Positions 11,101-24,400 of a stretch of DNA of 64,000 nucleotides are shown piece after piece (within the stretch, counting starts at the first letter, position 1; every line of letters begins with the position of its first letter). This stretch comes from Eledone cirrhosa. Lineage: Eukaryota. The notes below the pieces were generated by a model. It made no database searches and had not been told where the DNA came from. It was given only the letters and a program-made list of their open reading frames with translations. The DNA lies in NCBI GenBank assembly GCA_964016885.1, contig OZ024748.1, positions 37,448,001-37,512,000 on the forward strand, in the 5' to 3' direction. The position numbers were made by a program, and so were the translations under genes.

Positions 11101-11990
11101 ACCTCTAGATCTAGTATGACAATGTCAGTGTCAGTGTTAACTACCACTAGATCTAGTATGACAATGTCAGTGTCAGTGTTAACTACCACTATATCTAGTA
11201 TGACAATGTCAGAGTTAACTACCTCTAGATCTAGTATGACAATGTCAGTGTCAGTGTTAACTACCTCTATATCTAGTATGACAATGTCAGTGTCAGTGTT
11301 AACTACCACTAGATCTAGTATGACAATGTCAGAGTTAACTACCTCTAGATCTAATATGACAATGTCAGTGTCAGTGTTAACTACCTCTAGATCTAGTGTG
11401 ACAATGTTAGTGTCAGTGTTAACTACCTCTAGATCTAGTATGACAATGTTAGTGTCAGTGTTAACTACCACTAGGTCTAGTATGACAATGTCAGTGTCAG
11501 TGTTAACTACCTCTAGATCTAGTATGACAATGTCAGTGTCAGTGTTAACTACCTCTAGATCTAGTATGACAATGTTAGTGTCAGTGTTAACTACCACTAG
11601 ATCTAGTATGACAATGTCAGTGTCAGTGTTAACTACCTCTAGATCTAGTATGACAATGTTAGTGTCAGTGTTAACTACCTCTAGATCTAGTATGACAATG
11701 TTACTGTCAGTGTTAACTACCTCTAGATCTAGTGTGACAATGTTAGTGTCAGTGTTAACTACCTCTAGATCTAGTATGACAATGTCAGTGTCATTGTTAA
11801 CTACCTCTAGATCTAGTATGACAATGTCAGTGTCAGTGTTAACTACCTCTAGATCTAGTAAGACAATGTCAGTGTCAGTGTTAACTACCTCTAGATCTAG
11901 TATGACAATATCAGTGTCAGTGTTAACTACCTCTAGATCTAGTAAGACAATGTCAGTGTCAGTGTTAACTACCTCTAGATCTAGTGTGAC
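2186..11990 (+). repeat. About 9.8-kb segmental duplication, copy 1
   Basis: Shared AACTAACTCT 2211/18525, -1 indel 2506/18820, +1 indel 3040/19354 and TTACTG 7387/23701 (offset 16314). After an 84-bp (2-unit) indel the offset is 16398: TAAGAC 7461/23859, AGTTAT 9007/25405 and 10141/26539, TTACTG 11701/28099. Confidence 0.9.
8859..11125 (+). repeat. Tandem duplication of a 27-monomer (1134-bp) block, also present at about 25257-27523
   Basis: AGTTAT 9007/10141 and TTTACCAAC 9667/10801; AGTTAT 25405/26539 in the second large copy. Confidence 0.85.
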
Positions 11991-14900
11991 GATGTTAGTG
12001 TCAGTGTTAAATACCTCTAGATCTAGTATGACGATGTCAGTGTCAGTGCTAACTACCACAAGATCTAGTGTGACAATGTTAGTGTCAGTGTTAACTACCT
12101 CTAGATATAGTATGACAATGTCAGTGTCAGTGTTTACTACCTCTAGATCTAGTATGACAATGTTAGTGTCAGTGTTAACTACCTCTAGATCTAGTATGAC
12201 AATGTTAGTGTCAGTGTTAACTACCTCTAGATATAGTATGACAATGTCAGTGTCAGTGTTTACTACCTCTAGATCTAGTATGACAATGTCAGTGTCAGTG
12301 TTAACTACCACTAGATCTAGTATGACAATGTCAGAGTTAACTACCTCTAGATGTAATATGACAATGTCAGTGTCAGTGTTAACTACCTCTAGATCTAGTA
12401 TGACAATGTCAGTGTCAGTGTTAACTACCTCTAGATCTAGTGTGACAATGTCAGTGTCAGTGTTAACTACCTCTAGATCTAGTATGACAATGTCAGTGTC
12501 AGTGTTAACTACCTCTAGATCTAGTGTGACAATGTCAGTGTCAGTGTTAACTACCACTAGATCTAGTGTGACAATGTTAGTGTTAGTGTTAACTACCTCT
12601 AGATATAGTATGACAATGTCAGTGTCAGTGTTAACTACCTCTAGATCTAGTATGACAATGTCAGTGTCAGTGTTAACTACCACAAGATCTAGTGTGACAA
12701 TGTTAGTGTCAGTGTTAACTACCTCTAGATATAGTATGACAATGTCAGTGTCAGTGTTAACTACCTCTAGATCTAGTATGACAATGTTAGTGTCAGTGTT
12801 AACTACCTCTAGATATAGTATGACAATGTTAGTGTCAGTGTTAACTACCTCTAGATCTACTATGACAATGTCAGTGTCAGTGTTAACTACCACTAGATCT
12901 AGTATGACAATGTCAGAGTTAACTACCTCTAGATGTAATATGACAATGTCAGTGTCAGTGTTAACTACCTCTAGATCTAGTATGACAATGTTAGTGTCAG
13001 TGTTAACTACCTCTAGATCTAGTGTGACAATGTCAGTGTCAGTGTTAACTACCTCTAGATCTAGTATGAAAATGTCAGTGTCAGTGTTAACTACCTCTAG
13101 ATCTAGTGTGACAATGTCAGTGTCAGTGTTAACTACCTCTAGATCTAGTATGACAATGTTAGTGTCAGTGTTAACTATCTCTAGATCTAGTGTGACAATG
13201 TTAGTGTCAGTGTTAACTACCTCTAGATATAGTATGACAATGTCAGTGTCAGTGTTAACTACCTCTAGATCTAGTGTGACAATGTCAGTGTCAGTGTTAA
13301 CTACCTCTAGATCTAGTATGACAATGTTAGTGTCAGTGTTAACTATCTCTAGATCTAGTGTGACAATGTTAGTGTCAGTGTTAACTACCTCTAGATATAG
13401 TATGACAATGTTAGTGTCAGTGTTAACTACCTCTAGATCTAGTATGACAATGTCAGTGTCAGTGTTAACTACCACAAGATCTAGTGTGACAATGTCAGTG
13501 TCAGTGTTAACTACCTCTAGATATAGTATGACAATGTCAGTGTCAGTGTTTACTACCTCTAGATCTAGTATGACAATGTTAGTGTCAGTGTTAACTACCT
13601 CTAGATCTAGTGTGACAATGTTAGTGTCAGTGTTAACTACCTCTAGATATAGTATGACAATGTTAGTGTCAGTGTTAACTACCTCTAGATCTAGTATGAC
13701 AATGTTAGTGTCAGTGTTAACTACCTCTAGATCTAGTATGACAATGTTAGTGTCAGTGTTAACTACCTCTAGATCTAGTGTGACAATGTTAGTGTCAGTG
13801 TTAACTACCTCTAGATATAGTATGACAATGTCAGTGTCAGTGTTAACTACCTCTAGATCTAGTATGACAATGTCAGTGTCATGGTTAACTACCTCTAGAT
13901 CTAGTGTGACAATGTTAGTGTCAGTGTTAACTACCACTAGATCTAGTATGACAATGTCAGTGTCAGTGTTAACTCCCTCTAGATCTAGTATGACAATGTT
14001 AGTGTCAGTGTTAACTACCACTAGATCTAGTATGACAATGTCAGTGTCAGGGTTAACTACCTCAAGATCTAGTGTGACAATGTTAGTGTCAGTGTTAACT
14101 ACCTCTAGATATAGTATGACAATGTCAGTGTCAGTGTTAACTACCTCTAGATCTAGTATGACAATGTCAGTGTCATGGTTAACTACCTCTAGATCTAGTG
14201 TGACAACGTTAGTGTCAGTGTTAACTACCACTAGATCTAGTATGACAATGTCAGTGTCAGTGTTAACTACCTCTAGATCTAGTATGACAATGTTAGTGTC
14301 AGTGTTAACTACCTCTAGATCTAGTATGACAATGTTAGTGTCAGTGTTAACTACCTCTAGATCTAGTGTGACAATGTTAGTGTCAGTGTTAACTACCTCT
14401 AGATATAGTATGACAATGTCAGTGTCAGTGTTAACTACCTCTAGATCTAGTATGACAATGTTAGTGTCAGTGTTAACTACCTCTAGATCTAGTGTGACAA
14501 TGTTAGTGTCAGTGTTAACTACCTCAAGATCTAGTGTGACAATGTTAGTGTCAGTGTTAACTACCTCTAGTTATAGTATGACAATGTTAGTGTCAGTGTT
14601 AACTACCTGTAGATCTAGTATGACAATATCAGTGTCAGTGTTAACTACCTCTAGATCTAGTATGACAATGTTAGTGTCAGTGTTATCTACCTCTAGATCT
14701 AGTATGACAATGTCAGTGTCAGTGTTAACTACCTCTAGATCTAGTGAGACGATGTTAGTGTCAGTGTTAACTACCTGTAGATCTAGTATGACAATGTCAG
14801 TGTCAGGGTTAACTAGCTCTAGATCTAGTATGACAATGTTAGTGTCAGGGTTAACTACCACTAGATCTAGTTTGACAATGTTAGTGTCAGTGTTAACTAC

Positions 14901-17900
14901 CTCTAGATCTAGTGTGACAATGTTAGTGTCAGTGTTAACTACCACTAGATCTAGTGTGACAATGTTAGTGTCAGTGTTAACTACCTCTAGATATAGTATG
15001 ACAATGTCAGTGTCAGTGTTAACTACCTCTAGATCTAGTATGACAATGTCAGTGTCAGTGTTAACTACCACAAGATCTAGTGTGACAATGTTAGTGTCAG
15101 TGTTAACTACCTCTAGATATAGTATGACAATGTCAGTGTCAGTGTTTACTACCTCTAGATCTAGTATGACAATGTTAGTGTCAGTGTTAACTACCACTAG
15201 ATCTAGTATGACAATGTCAGTGTCAGTGTTAACTACCACTAGATCTAGTGTGACAATGTTAGTGTCAGTGTTAACTACCTCTAGTTATAGTATGACAATG
15301 TTAGTGTCAGTGTTAACTACCTGTAGATCTAGTATGACAATATCAGTGTCAGTGTTAACTACCTCTAGATCTAGTATGACGATGTCAGTGTCAGTGTTAA
15401 CTACCACAAGATCTAGTGTGACAATGTTAGTGTCAGTGTTAACTACCTCTAGATATAGTATGACAATGTCAGTGTCAGTGTTAACTACCACTAGATCTAG
15501 TATGACAATGTCAGAGTTAACTACCTCTAGATGTAATATGACAATGTCAGTGTCAGTGTTAAATACCTCTAGATCTAGTATGACGATGTCAGTGTCAGTG
15601 TTAACTACCACAAGATCTAGTGTGACAATGTTAGTGTCAGTGTTAACTACCTCTAGATATAGTATGACAATGTCAGTGTCAGTGTTTACTACCTCTAGAT
15701 CTAGTATGACAATGTTAGTGTCAGTGTTAACTACCTCTAGATCTAGTGTGACAATGTTAGTGTCAGTGTTAACTACCTCTAGATATAGTATGACAATGTC
15801 AGTGTCAGTGTTAACTACCTCTAGATCTAGTATGACAATGTCAGTGTCAGTGTTAACTACCTCTACATCTAGTATGACAATGTCAGTGTCAGTGTTAACT
15901 ACCACTAGATCTAGTATGACAATGTCAGTGTCAGTGTTAACTACCACAAGATCTAGTGTGACAATGTTAGTGTCAGTGTTAACTACCTCTAGATCTAGTA
16001 TGACAATGTCAGTGTCAGTGTTAACTACCACTAGATCTAGTATGACAATGTCAGAGTTAACTACCTCTAGATCTAGTATGACAATGTCAGTGTCAGTGTT
16101 AACAACCTCTAGATCTACTATGACAATGTCAGTGTCAGTGTTAACTACCACTAGATCTAGTATGACAATGTCAGAGTTAACTACCTCTAGATGTAATATG
16201 ACAATGTCAGTGTCAGTGTTAACTACCTCTAGATCTAGTATGACAATGTCAGTGTCAGTGTTAACTACCTCTAGATCTAGTGTGACAATGTCAGTGTCAG
16301 TGTTAACTACCTCTAGATCTAGTATGACAATGTCAGTGTCAGTGTTAACTACCTCTAGATCTAGTGTGACAATGTCAGTGTCAGTGTTAACTACCTCTAG
16401 ATCTAGTATGACAATGTTAGTGTCAGTGTTAACTATCTCTAGATCTAGTGTGACAATGTTAGTGTCAGTGTTAACTACCTCTAGATCTAGTGTGACAATG
16501 TTAGTGTCAGTGTTAACTACCTCTAGATATAGTATGACAATGTCAGTGTCAGTGTTAACTACCTCTAGATCTAGTATGACAATGTCAGTGTCAGTGTTAA
16601 CTACCACAAGATCTAGTGTGACAATGTTAGTGTCAGTGTTAACTACCTCTAGATATAGTATGACAATGTCAGTGTCAGTGTTTACTACCGCTAGATCTAG
16701 TATGACAATGTTAGTGTCAGTGTTAACTACCTCTAGATCTAGTGTGACAATGTTAGTGTCAGTGTTAACTACCTCTAGATATAGTATGACAATGTTAGTG
16801 TCAGTGTTAACTACCTCTAGATCTAGTATGACAATGTTAGTGTCAGTGTTAACTACCTCTAGATCTAGTATGACAATGTTAGTGTCAGTGTTAACTACCT
16901 CTAGATCTAGTATGACAATGTTAGTGTCAGTGTTAACTACCTCTAGATATAGTATGACAATGTCAGTGTCAGTGTTAACTACCTCTAGATCTAGTATGAC
17001 AATGTCAGTGTCATGGTTAACTACCTCTAGATCTAGTGTGACAATGTTAGTGTCAGTGTTAACTACAACTAGATCTTGTATGACAATGTCAGTGTCAGTG
17101 TTAACTCCCTCTAGATCTAGTATGACAATGTTAGTGTCAGTGTTAACTACCACTAGATCTAGTATGACAATGTCAGTGTCAGGGTTAACTACCTCAAGAT
17201 CTAGTGTGACAATGTCAGTGTCAGTGTTAACTACCTCTAGATCTAGTATGACAATGTCAGTGTCAGTGTTACCTACCTCTAGATCTAGTAAGACAATGTC
17301 AGTGTCAGTGTTAACTACCTCTAGATCTAGTGTGACAATGTCAGTGTCAGTGTTAACTACCTCTGGATCTAGTATGACAATGTCAGTGTCAGGGTTAACT
17401 ACCTCAAGATCTAGTGTGACGATGTTAGTGTCAGTGTTAAATACCTCTAGATCTAGTATGACGATGTCAGTGTCAGTGTTAACTACCACAAGATCTAGTG
17501 TGACAATGTTAGTGTCAGTGTTAACTACCTCTAGATATAGTATGACAATGTCAGTGTCAGTGTTTACTACCTCTAGATCTAGTATGACAATGTTAGTGTC
17601 AGTGTTAACTACCTCTAGATCTAGTGTGACAATGTTAGTGTCAGTGTTAACTACCTCTAGATATAGTATGACAATGTCAGTGTCAGTGTTAACTACCTCT
17701 AGATCTAGTATGACAATGTCAGTGTCAGTGTTAACTACCTCTACATCTAGTATGACAATGTCAGTGTCAGTGTTAACTACCTCTAGATCTAGTATGACAA
17801 TGTCAGTGTCAGTGTTAACTACCACTAGATCTATTATGACAATGTCAGAGTTAACTACCTCTAGATCTAGTATAACAATGTTAGTGTCAGTGTTAACGAC

Positions 17901-18499
17901 CTCTAGATCTAGTATGACAATGTTAGTGTCAGTGTTAACTACCTCTAGATCTAGTGTGACAATGTTAGTGTCAGTGTTAACTACCTCTAGATATAGTATG
18001 ACAATGTCAGTGTCAGTGTTAACTACCTCTAGTTCTAGTATGACAATGTCAGTGTCATGGTTACCTACCTCTAGATCTAGTGTGACAATGTTAGTGTCAG
18101 TGTTAACTACCACTAGATCTAGTATGACAATGTCAGTGTCAGTGTTAACTCCCTCTAGATCTAGTATGACAATGTTAGTGTCAGTGTTAACTACCACTAG
18201 ATCTAGTATGACAATGTCAGTGTCAGGGTTAACTACCTCAAGATCTAGTGTGACAATGTTAGTGTCAGTGTTAACTACCTCTAGATCTAGTATGACAATG
18301 TTAGTGTCAGTGTTAACTACCACTAGATCTAGTATGACAATGTCAGTGTCAGGGTTAACTACCTCAAGATCTAGTGTGACAATGTCAGTGTCAGTGTTAA
18401 CTACCTCTAGATCTAGTATGACAATGTCAGTGTCAGTGTTAGCTACCTCTAGATCTAGTATGACAATGTTAGTGTCAGTGTTAACTACCTCTAGATCTA

Positions 18500-21400
18500 G
18501 TATGACAATGTTAGTGTCAGTGTTAACTAACTCTAGATCTAGTGTGACAATGTTAGTGTCAGTGTTAACTACCTCAAGATCTAGTGTGACAATGTTAGTG
18601 TCAGTGTTAACTACCTCTAGTTATAGTATGACAATGTTAGTGTCAGTGCTAACTACCTGTAGATCTAGTATGACAATATCAGTGTCAGTGTTAACTACCT
18701 CTAGATCTAGTATGACAATGTTAGTGTCAGTGTTATCTACCTCTAGATCTAGTATGACAATGTCAGTGTCAGTGTTAACTACCTCTAAATCTAGTGTGAC
18801 AATGTCAGTGTCAGTGTTAATACCTGTAGATCTAGTATGACAATGTCAGTGTCAGGGTTAACTAGCTCTAGATCTAGTATGACAATGTTAGTGTCAGTGT
18901 TAACTACCACTAGATCTAGTGAGACGATGTTAGTGTCAGTGTTAACTACCTGTAGATCTAGTATGACAATGTCAGTGTCAGGGTTAACTAGCTCTAGATC
19001 TAGTATGACAATGTTAGTGTCAGTGTTAACTACCTCTAGATCTAGTATGACAATGTCAGTGTCAGTGTTAACAACCTCTAGATCTACTATGACAATGTCA
19101 GTGTCAGTGTTAACTACCACTAGATCTAGTATGACAATGTCAGAGTTAACTACCTCTAGATGTAATATGACAATGTCAGTGTCAGTGTTAACTACCTCTA
19201 GATCTAGTATGACAATGTCAGTGTCAGTGTTAACTACCTCTAGATCTAGTGTGACAATGTCAGTGTCAGTGTTAACTACCTCTAGATCTAGTATGACAAT
19301 GTCAGTGTCAGTGTTAACTACCTCTAGATCTAGTGTGACAATGTCAGTGTCAGGTGTTAACTACCTCTAGATCTAGTATGACAATGTTAGTGTCAGTGTT
19401 AACTATCTCTAGATCTAGTGTGACAATGTTAGTGTCAGTGTTAACTACCTCTAGATATAGTATGACAATGTCAGTGTCAGTGTTAACTACCTCTAGATCT
19501 AGAGTGACAATGTCAGTGTCAGTGTTAACTACCTCTAGATCTAGTATGACAATGTTAGTGTCAGTGTTAACTATCTCTAGATCTAGTGTGACAATGTTAG
19601 TGTCAGTGTTAACTACCTCTAGATATAGTATGACAATGTCAGTGTCAGTGTTAACTACCTCTAGATCTAGTATGACAATGTCAGTGTCAGTGTTAACTAC
19701 CACAAGATCTAGTGTGACAATGTTAGTGTCAGTGTTAACTACCTCTAGATATAGTATGACAATGTCAGTGTCAGTGTTTACTACCTCTAGATCTAGTATG
19801 ACAATGTTAGTGTCAGTGTTAACTACCTCTAGATCTAGTGTGACAATGTTAGTGTCAGTGTTAACTACCTCTAGATATAGTATGACAATGTTAGTGTCAG
19901 TGTTAACTACCTCTAGATCTAGTATGACAATGTTAGTGTCAGTGTTAACTACCTCTAGATCTAGTATGACAATGTTAGTGTCAGTGTTAACTACCTCTAG
20001 ATCTAGTGTGACAATGTTAGTGTCAGTGTTAACTACCTCTAGATATAGTATGACAATGTCAGTGTCAGTGTTAACTACCTCTAGATCTAGTATGACAATG
20101 TCAGTGTCATGGTTAACTACCTCTAGATCTAGTGTGACAATGTTAGTGTCAGTGTTAACTACCACTAGATCTAGTATGACAATGTCAGTGTCAGTGTTAA
20201 CTCCCTCTAGATCTAGTATGACAATGTTAGTGTCAGTGTTAACTACCACTAGATCTAGTATGACAATGTCAGTGTCAGGGTTAACTACCTCAAGATCTAG
20301 TGTGACAATGTTAGTGTCAGTGTTAACTACCTCTAGATCTAGTATGACAATGTTAGTGTCAGTGTTAACTACCACTAGATCTAGTATGACAATGTCAGTG
20401 TCAGGGTTAACTACCTCAAGATCTAGTGTGACAATGTCAGTGTCAGTGTTAACTACCTCTAGATCTAGTATGACAATGTCAGTGTCAGTGTTAACTACCT
20501 CTCGATCTAGTATGACAATGTTAGTGTCAGTGTTAACTACCTCTAGATCTAGTATGACAATGTTAGTGTCAGTGTTAACTACCTCTAGATCTAGTGTGAC
20601 AATGTTAGTGTCAGTGTTAACTACCTCAAGATCTAGTGTGACAATGTTAGTGTCAGTGTTAACTACCTCTAGTTATAGTATGACAATGTTAGTGTCAGTG
20701 TTAACTACCTGTAGATCTAGTATGACAATATCAGTGTCAGTGTTAACTACCTCTAGATCTAGTATGACAATGTTAGTGTCAGTGTTATCTACCTCTAGAT
20801 CTAGTATGACAATGTCAGTGTCAGTGTTAACTACCTCTAGATCTAGTGAGACGATGTTAGTGTCAGTGTTAACTACCTGTAGATCTAGTATGACAATGTC
20901 AGTGTCAGGGTTAACTAGCTCTAGATCTAGTATGACAATGTTAGTGTCAGTGTTAACTACCACTAGATCTAGTGTGACAATGTTAGTGTCAGTGTTAAGT
21001 ACCTCTAGATCTAGTGTGACAATGTTAGTGTCAGTGTTAACTACCACTAGATCTAGTGTGACAATGTTAGTGTCAGTGTTAACTACCTCTAGATATAGTA
21101 TGACAATGTCAGTGTCAGTGTTAACTACCTCTAGATCTAGTATGACAATGTCAGTGTCAGTGTTAACTACCACAAGATCTAGTGTGACAATGTTAGTGTC
21201 AGTGTTAACTACCTCTAGATATAGTATGACAATGTCAGTGTCAGTGTTTACTACCTCTAGATCTAGTATGACAATGTTAGTGTCAGTGTTAACTACCTCT
21301 AGATCTAGTGTGACAATGTTAGTGTCAGTGTTAACTACCTCTAGATATAGTATGACAATGTTAGTGTCAGTGTTAACTACCTCTAGATCTAGTATGACAA

Positions 21401-24400
21401 TGTTAGTGTCAGTGTTAACTACCTCTAGATCTAGTATGACAATGTTAGTGTCAGTGTTAACTACCTCTAGATCTAGTGTGACAATGTTAGTGTCAGTGTT
21501 AACTACCTCTAGATATAGTATGACAATGTCAGTGTCAGTGTTAACTACCTCTAGATCTAGTATGACAATGTCAGTGTCATGGTTAACTACCTCTAGATCT
21601 AGTGTGACAATGTTAGTGTCAGTGTTAACTACCACTAGATCTAGTATGACAATGTCAGTTTCAGTGTTAACTACGTCTAGATCTAGTATGACAATGTTAG
21701 TGTCAGTGTTAACTACCACTAGATCTAGTATGACAATGTCAGTGTCAGGGTTAACTACCTCAAGATCTAGTGTGACAATGTTAGTGTCAGTGTTAACTAC
21801 CTCTAGATCTAGTATGACAATGTTAGTGTCAGTGTTAACTACCACTAGATCTAGTATGACAATGTCAGTGTCAGGGTTAACTACCTCAAGATCTAGTGTG
21901 ACAATGTCAGTGTCAGTGTTAACTACCTCTAGATCTAGTATGACAATGTCAGTGTCAGTGTTAACTACCTCTAGATCTAGTATGACAATGTTAGTGTCAG
22001 TGTTAACTACCTCTAGATCTAGTATGACAATGTTAGTGTCAGTGTTAACTACCTCTAGATCTAGTGTGACAATGTTAGTGTCAGTGTTAACTACCTCAAG
22101 ATCTAGTGTGACAATGTTAGTGTCAGTGTTAACTACCTCTAGTTATAGTATGACAATGTTAGTGTCAGTGTTAACTACCTGTAGATCTAGTATGACAATA
22201 TCAGTGTCAGTGTTAACTACCTCTAGATCTAGTATGACAATGTTAGTGACAGTGTTATCTACCTCTAGATCTAGTATGACAATGTCAGTGTCAGTGTTAA
22301 CTACCTCTAGATCTAGTGGGACGTTGTTAGTGTCAGTGTTAACTACCTGTAGATCTAGTATGACAATGTCAGTGTCAGGGTTAACTAGCTCTAGATCTAG
22401 TATGACAATGTTAGTGTCAGTGTTAACTACCACTAGATCTAGTGTGACAATGTTAGTGTCAGTGTTAACTACCACTAGATCTAGTATGACAATGTCAGTG
22501 TCAGTGTTAACTACCTCTAGATCTAGTGTGACAATGTTAGTGTCAGTGTTAACTACCACTAGATCTAGTATGACAATGTCAGTGTCAGTGTTAACTACCT
22601 CTAGATCTAGTATGACAATGTTAGTGTCAGTGTTAACTACCTCTAGATATAGTATGACAATGTCAGTGTCAGTGTTAACTACCTCTAGATCTAGTATGAC
22701 AATGTCAGTGTCAGTGTTAACTACCACAAGATCTAGTGTGACAATGTTAGTGTCAGTGTTAACTACCTCTTGATATAGTATGACAATGTCAGTGTCAGTG
22801 TTTACCAACTCTAGATCTAGTATGACAATGTTAGTGTCAGTTTTAACTACCTCTAGATCTAGTGTGACAATGTTAGTGTCAGTGTTAACTACCTCTAGAT
22901 ATAGTATGACAATGTCAGTGTCAGTGTTTACTACCTCTAGATCTAGTATGACAATGTTAGTGTCAGTGTTAACTACCTCTAGATCTAGTGTGACAATGTT
23001 AGTGTCAGTGTTAACTACCTCTAGATATAGTATGACAATGTCAGTGTCAGTGTTAACTACCTCTAGATCTAGTATGACAATGTCAGTGTCAGTGTTAACT
23101 ACCTCTAGATCTAGTATGACAATGTCAGTGTCAGTGTTAACTACCACTAGATCTAGTATGACAATGTCAGTGTCAGTGTTAACTACCACTATATCTAGTA
23201 TGACAATGTCAGAGTTAACTACCTCTAGATCTAGTATGACAATGTCAGTGTCAGTGTTAACTACCTCTATATCTAGTATGACAATGTCAGTGTCAGTGTT
23301 AACTACCACTAGATCTAGTATGACAATGTCAGAGTTAACTACCTCTAGATCTAATATGACAATGTCAGTGTCAGTGTTAACTACCTCTAGATCTAGTGTG
23401 ACAATGTTAGTGTCAGTGTTAACTACCTCTAGATCTAGTATGACAATGTTAGTGTCAGTGTTAACTACCACTAGGTCTAGTATGACAATGTCAGTGTCAG
23501 TGTTAACTACCTCTAGATCTAGTATGACAATGTCAGTGTCAGTGTTAACTACCTCTAGATCTAGTATGACAATGTTAGTGTCAGTGTTAACTACCACTAG
23601 ATCTAGTATGACAATGTCAGTGTCAGTGTTAACTACCTCTAGATCTAGTATGACAATGTTAGTGTCAGTGTTAACTACCTCTAGATCTAGTATGACAATG
23701 TTACTGTCAGTGTTAACTACCTCTAGATCTAGTGTGACAATGTTAGTGTCAGTGTTAACTACATCTAGATCTAGTATGACAATGTCAGTGTCAGTGTTAA
23801 CTACCTCTAGATCTAGTATGACAATGTCAGTGTCAGTGTTAACTACCTCTAGATCTAGTAAGACAATGTCAGTGTCAGTGTTAACTACCTCTAGATCTAG
23901 TATGACAATATCAGTGTCAGTGTTAACTACCTCTAGATCTAGTAAGACAATGTCAGTGTCAGTGTTAACTACCTCTAGATCTAGTGTGACAATGTCAGTG
24001 TCAGTGTTAACTACCTCTAGATCTAGTATGACAATGTCAGTGTCAGGGTTAACTACCTCAAGATCTAGTGTGACGATGTTAGTGTCAGTGTTAAATACCT
24101 CTAGATCTAGTATGACGATGTCAGTGTCAGTGTTAACTACCACAAGATCTAGTGTGACAATGTTAGTGTCAGTGTTAACTACCTCTAGATATAGTATGAC
24201 AATGTCAGTGTCAGTGTTTACTACCTCTAGATCTAGTATGACAATGTTAGTGTCAGTGTTAACTACCTCTAGATCTAGTGTGACAATGTTAGTGTCAGTG
24301 TTAACTACCTCTAGATATAGTGTGACAATGTTAGTGTCAGTGTTAACTACCACTAGATCTAGTGTGACAATGTTAGTGTCAGTCTTAACTACCTCTAGAT

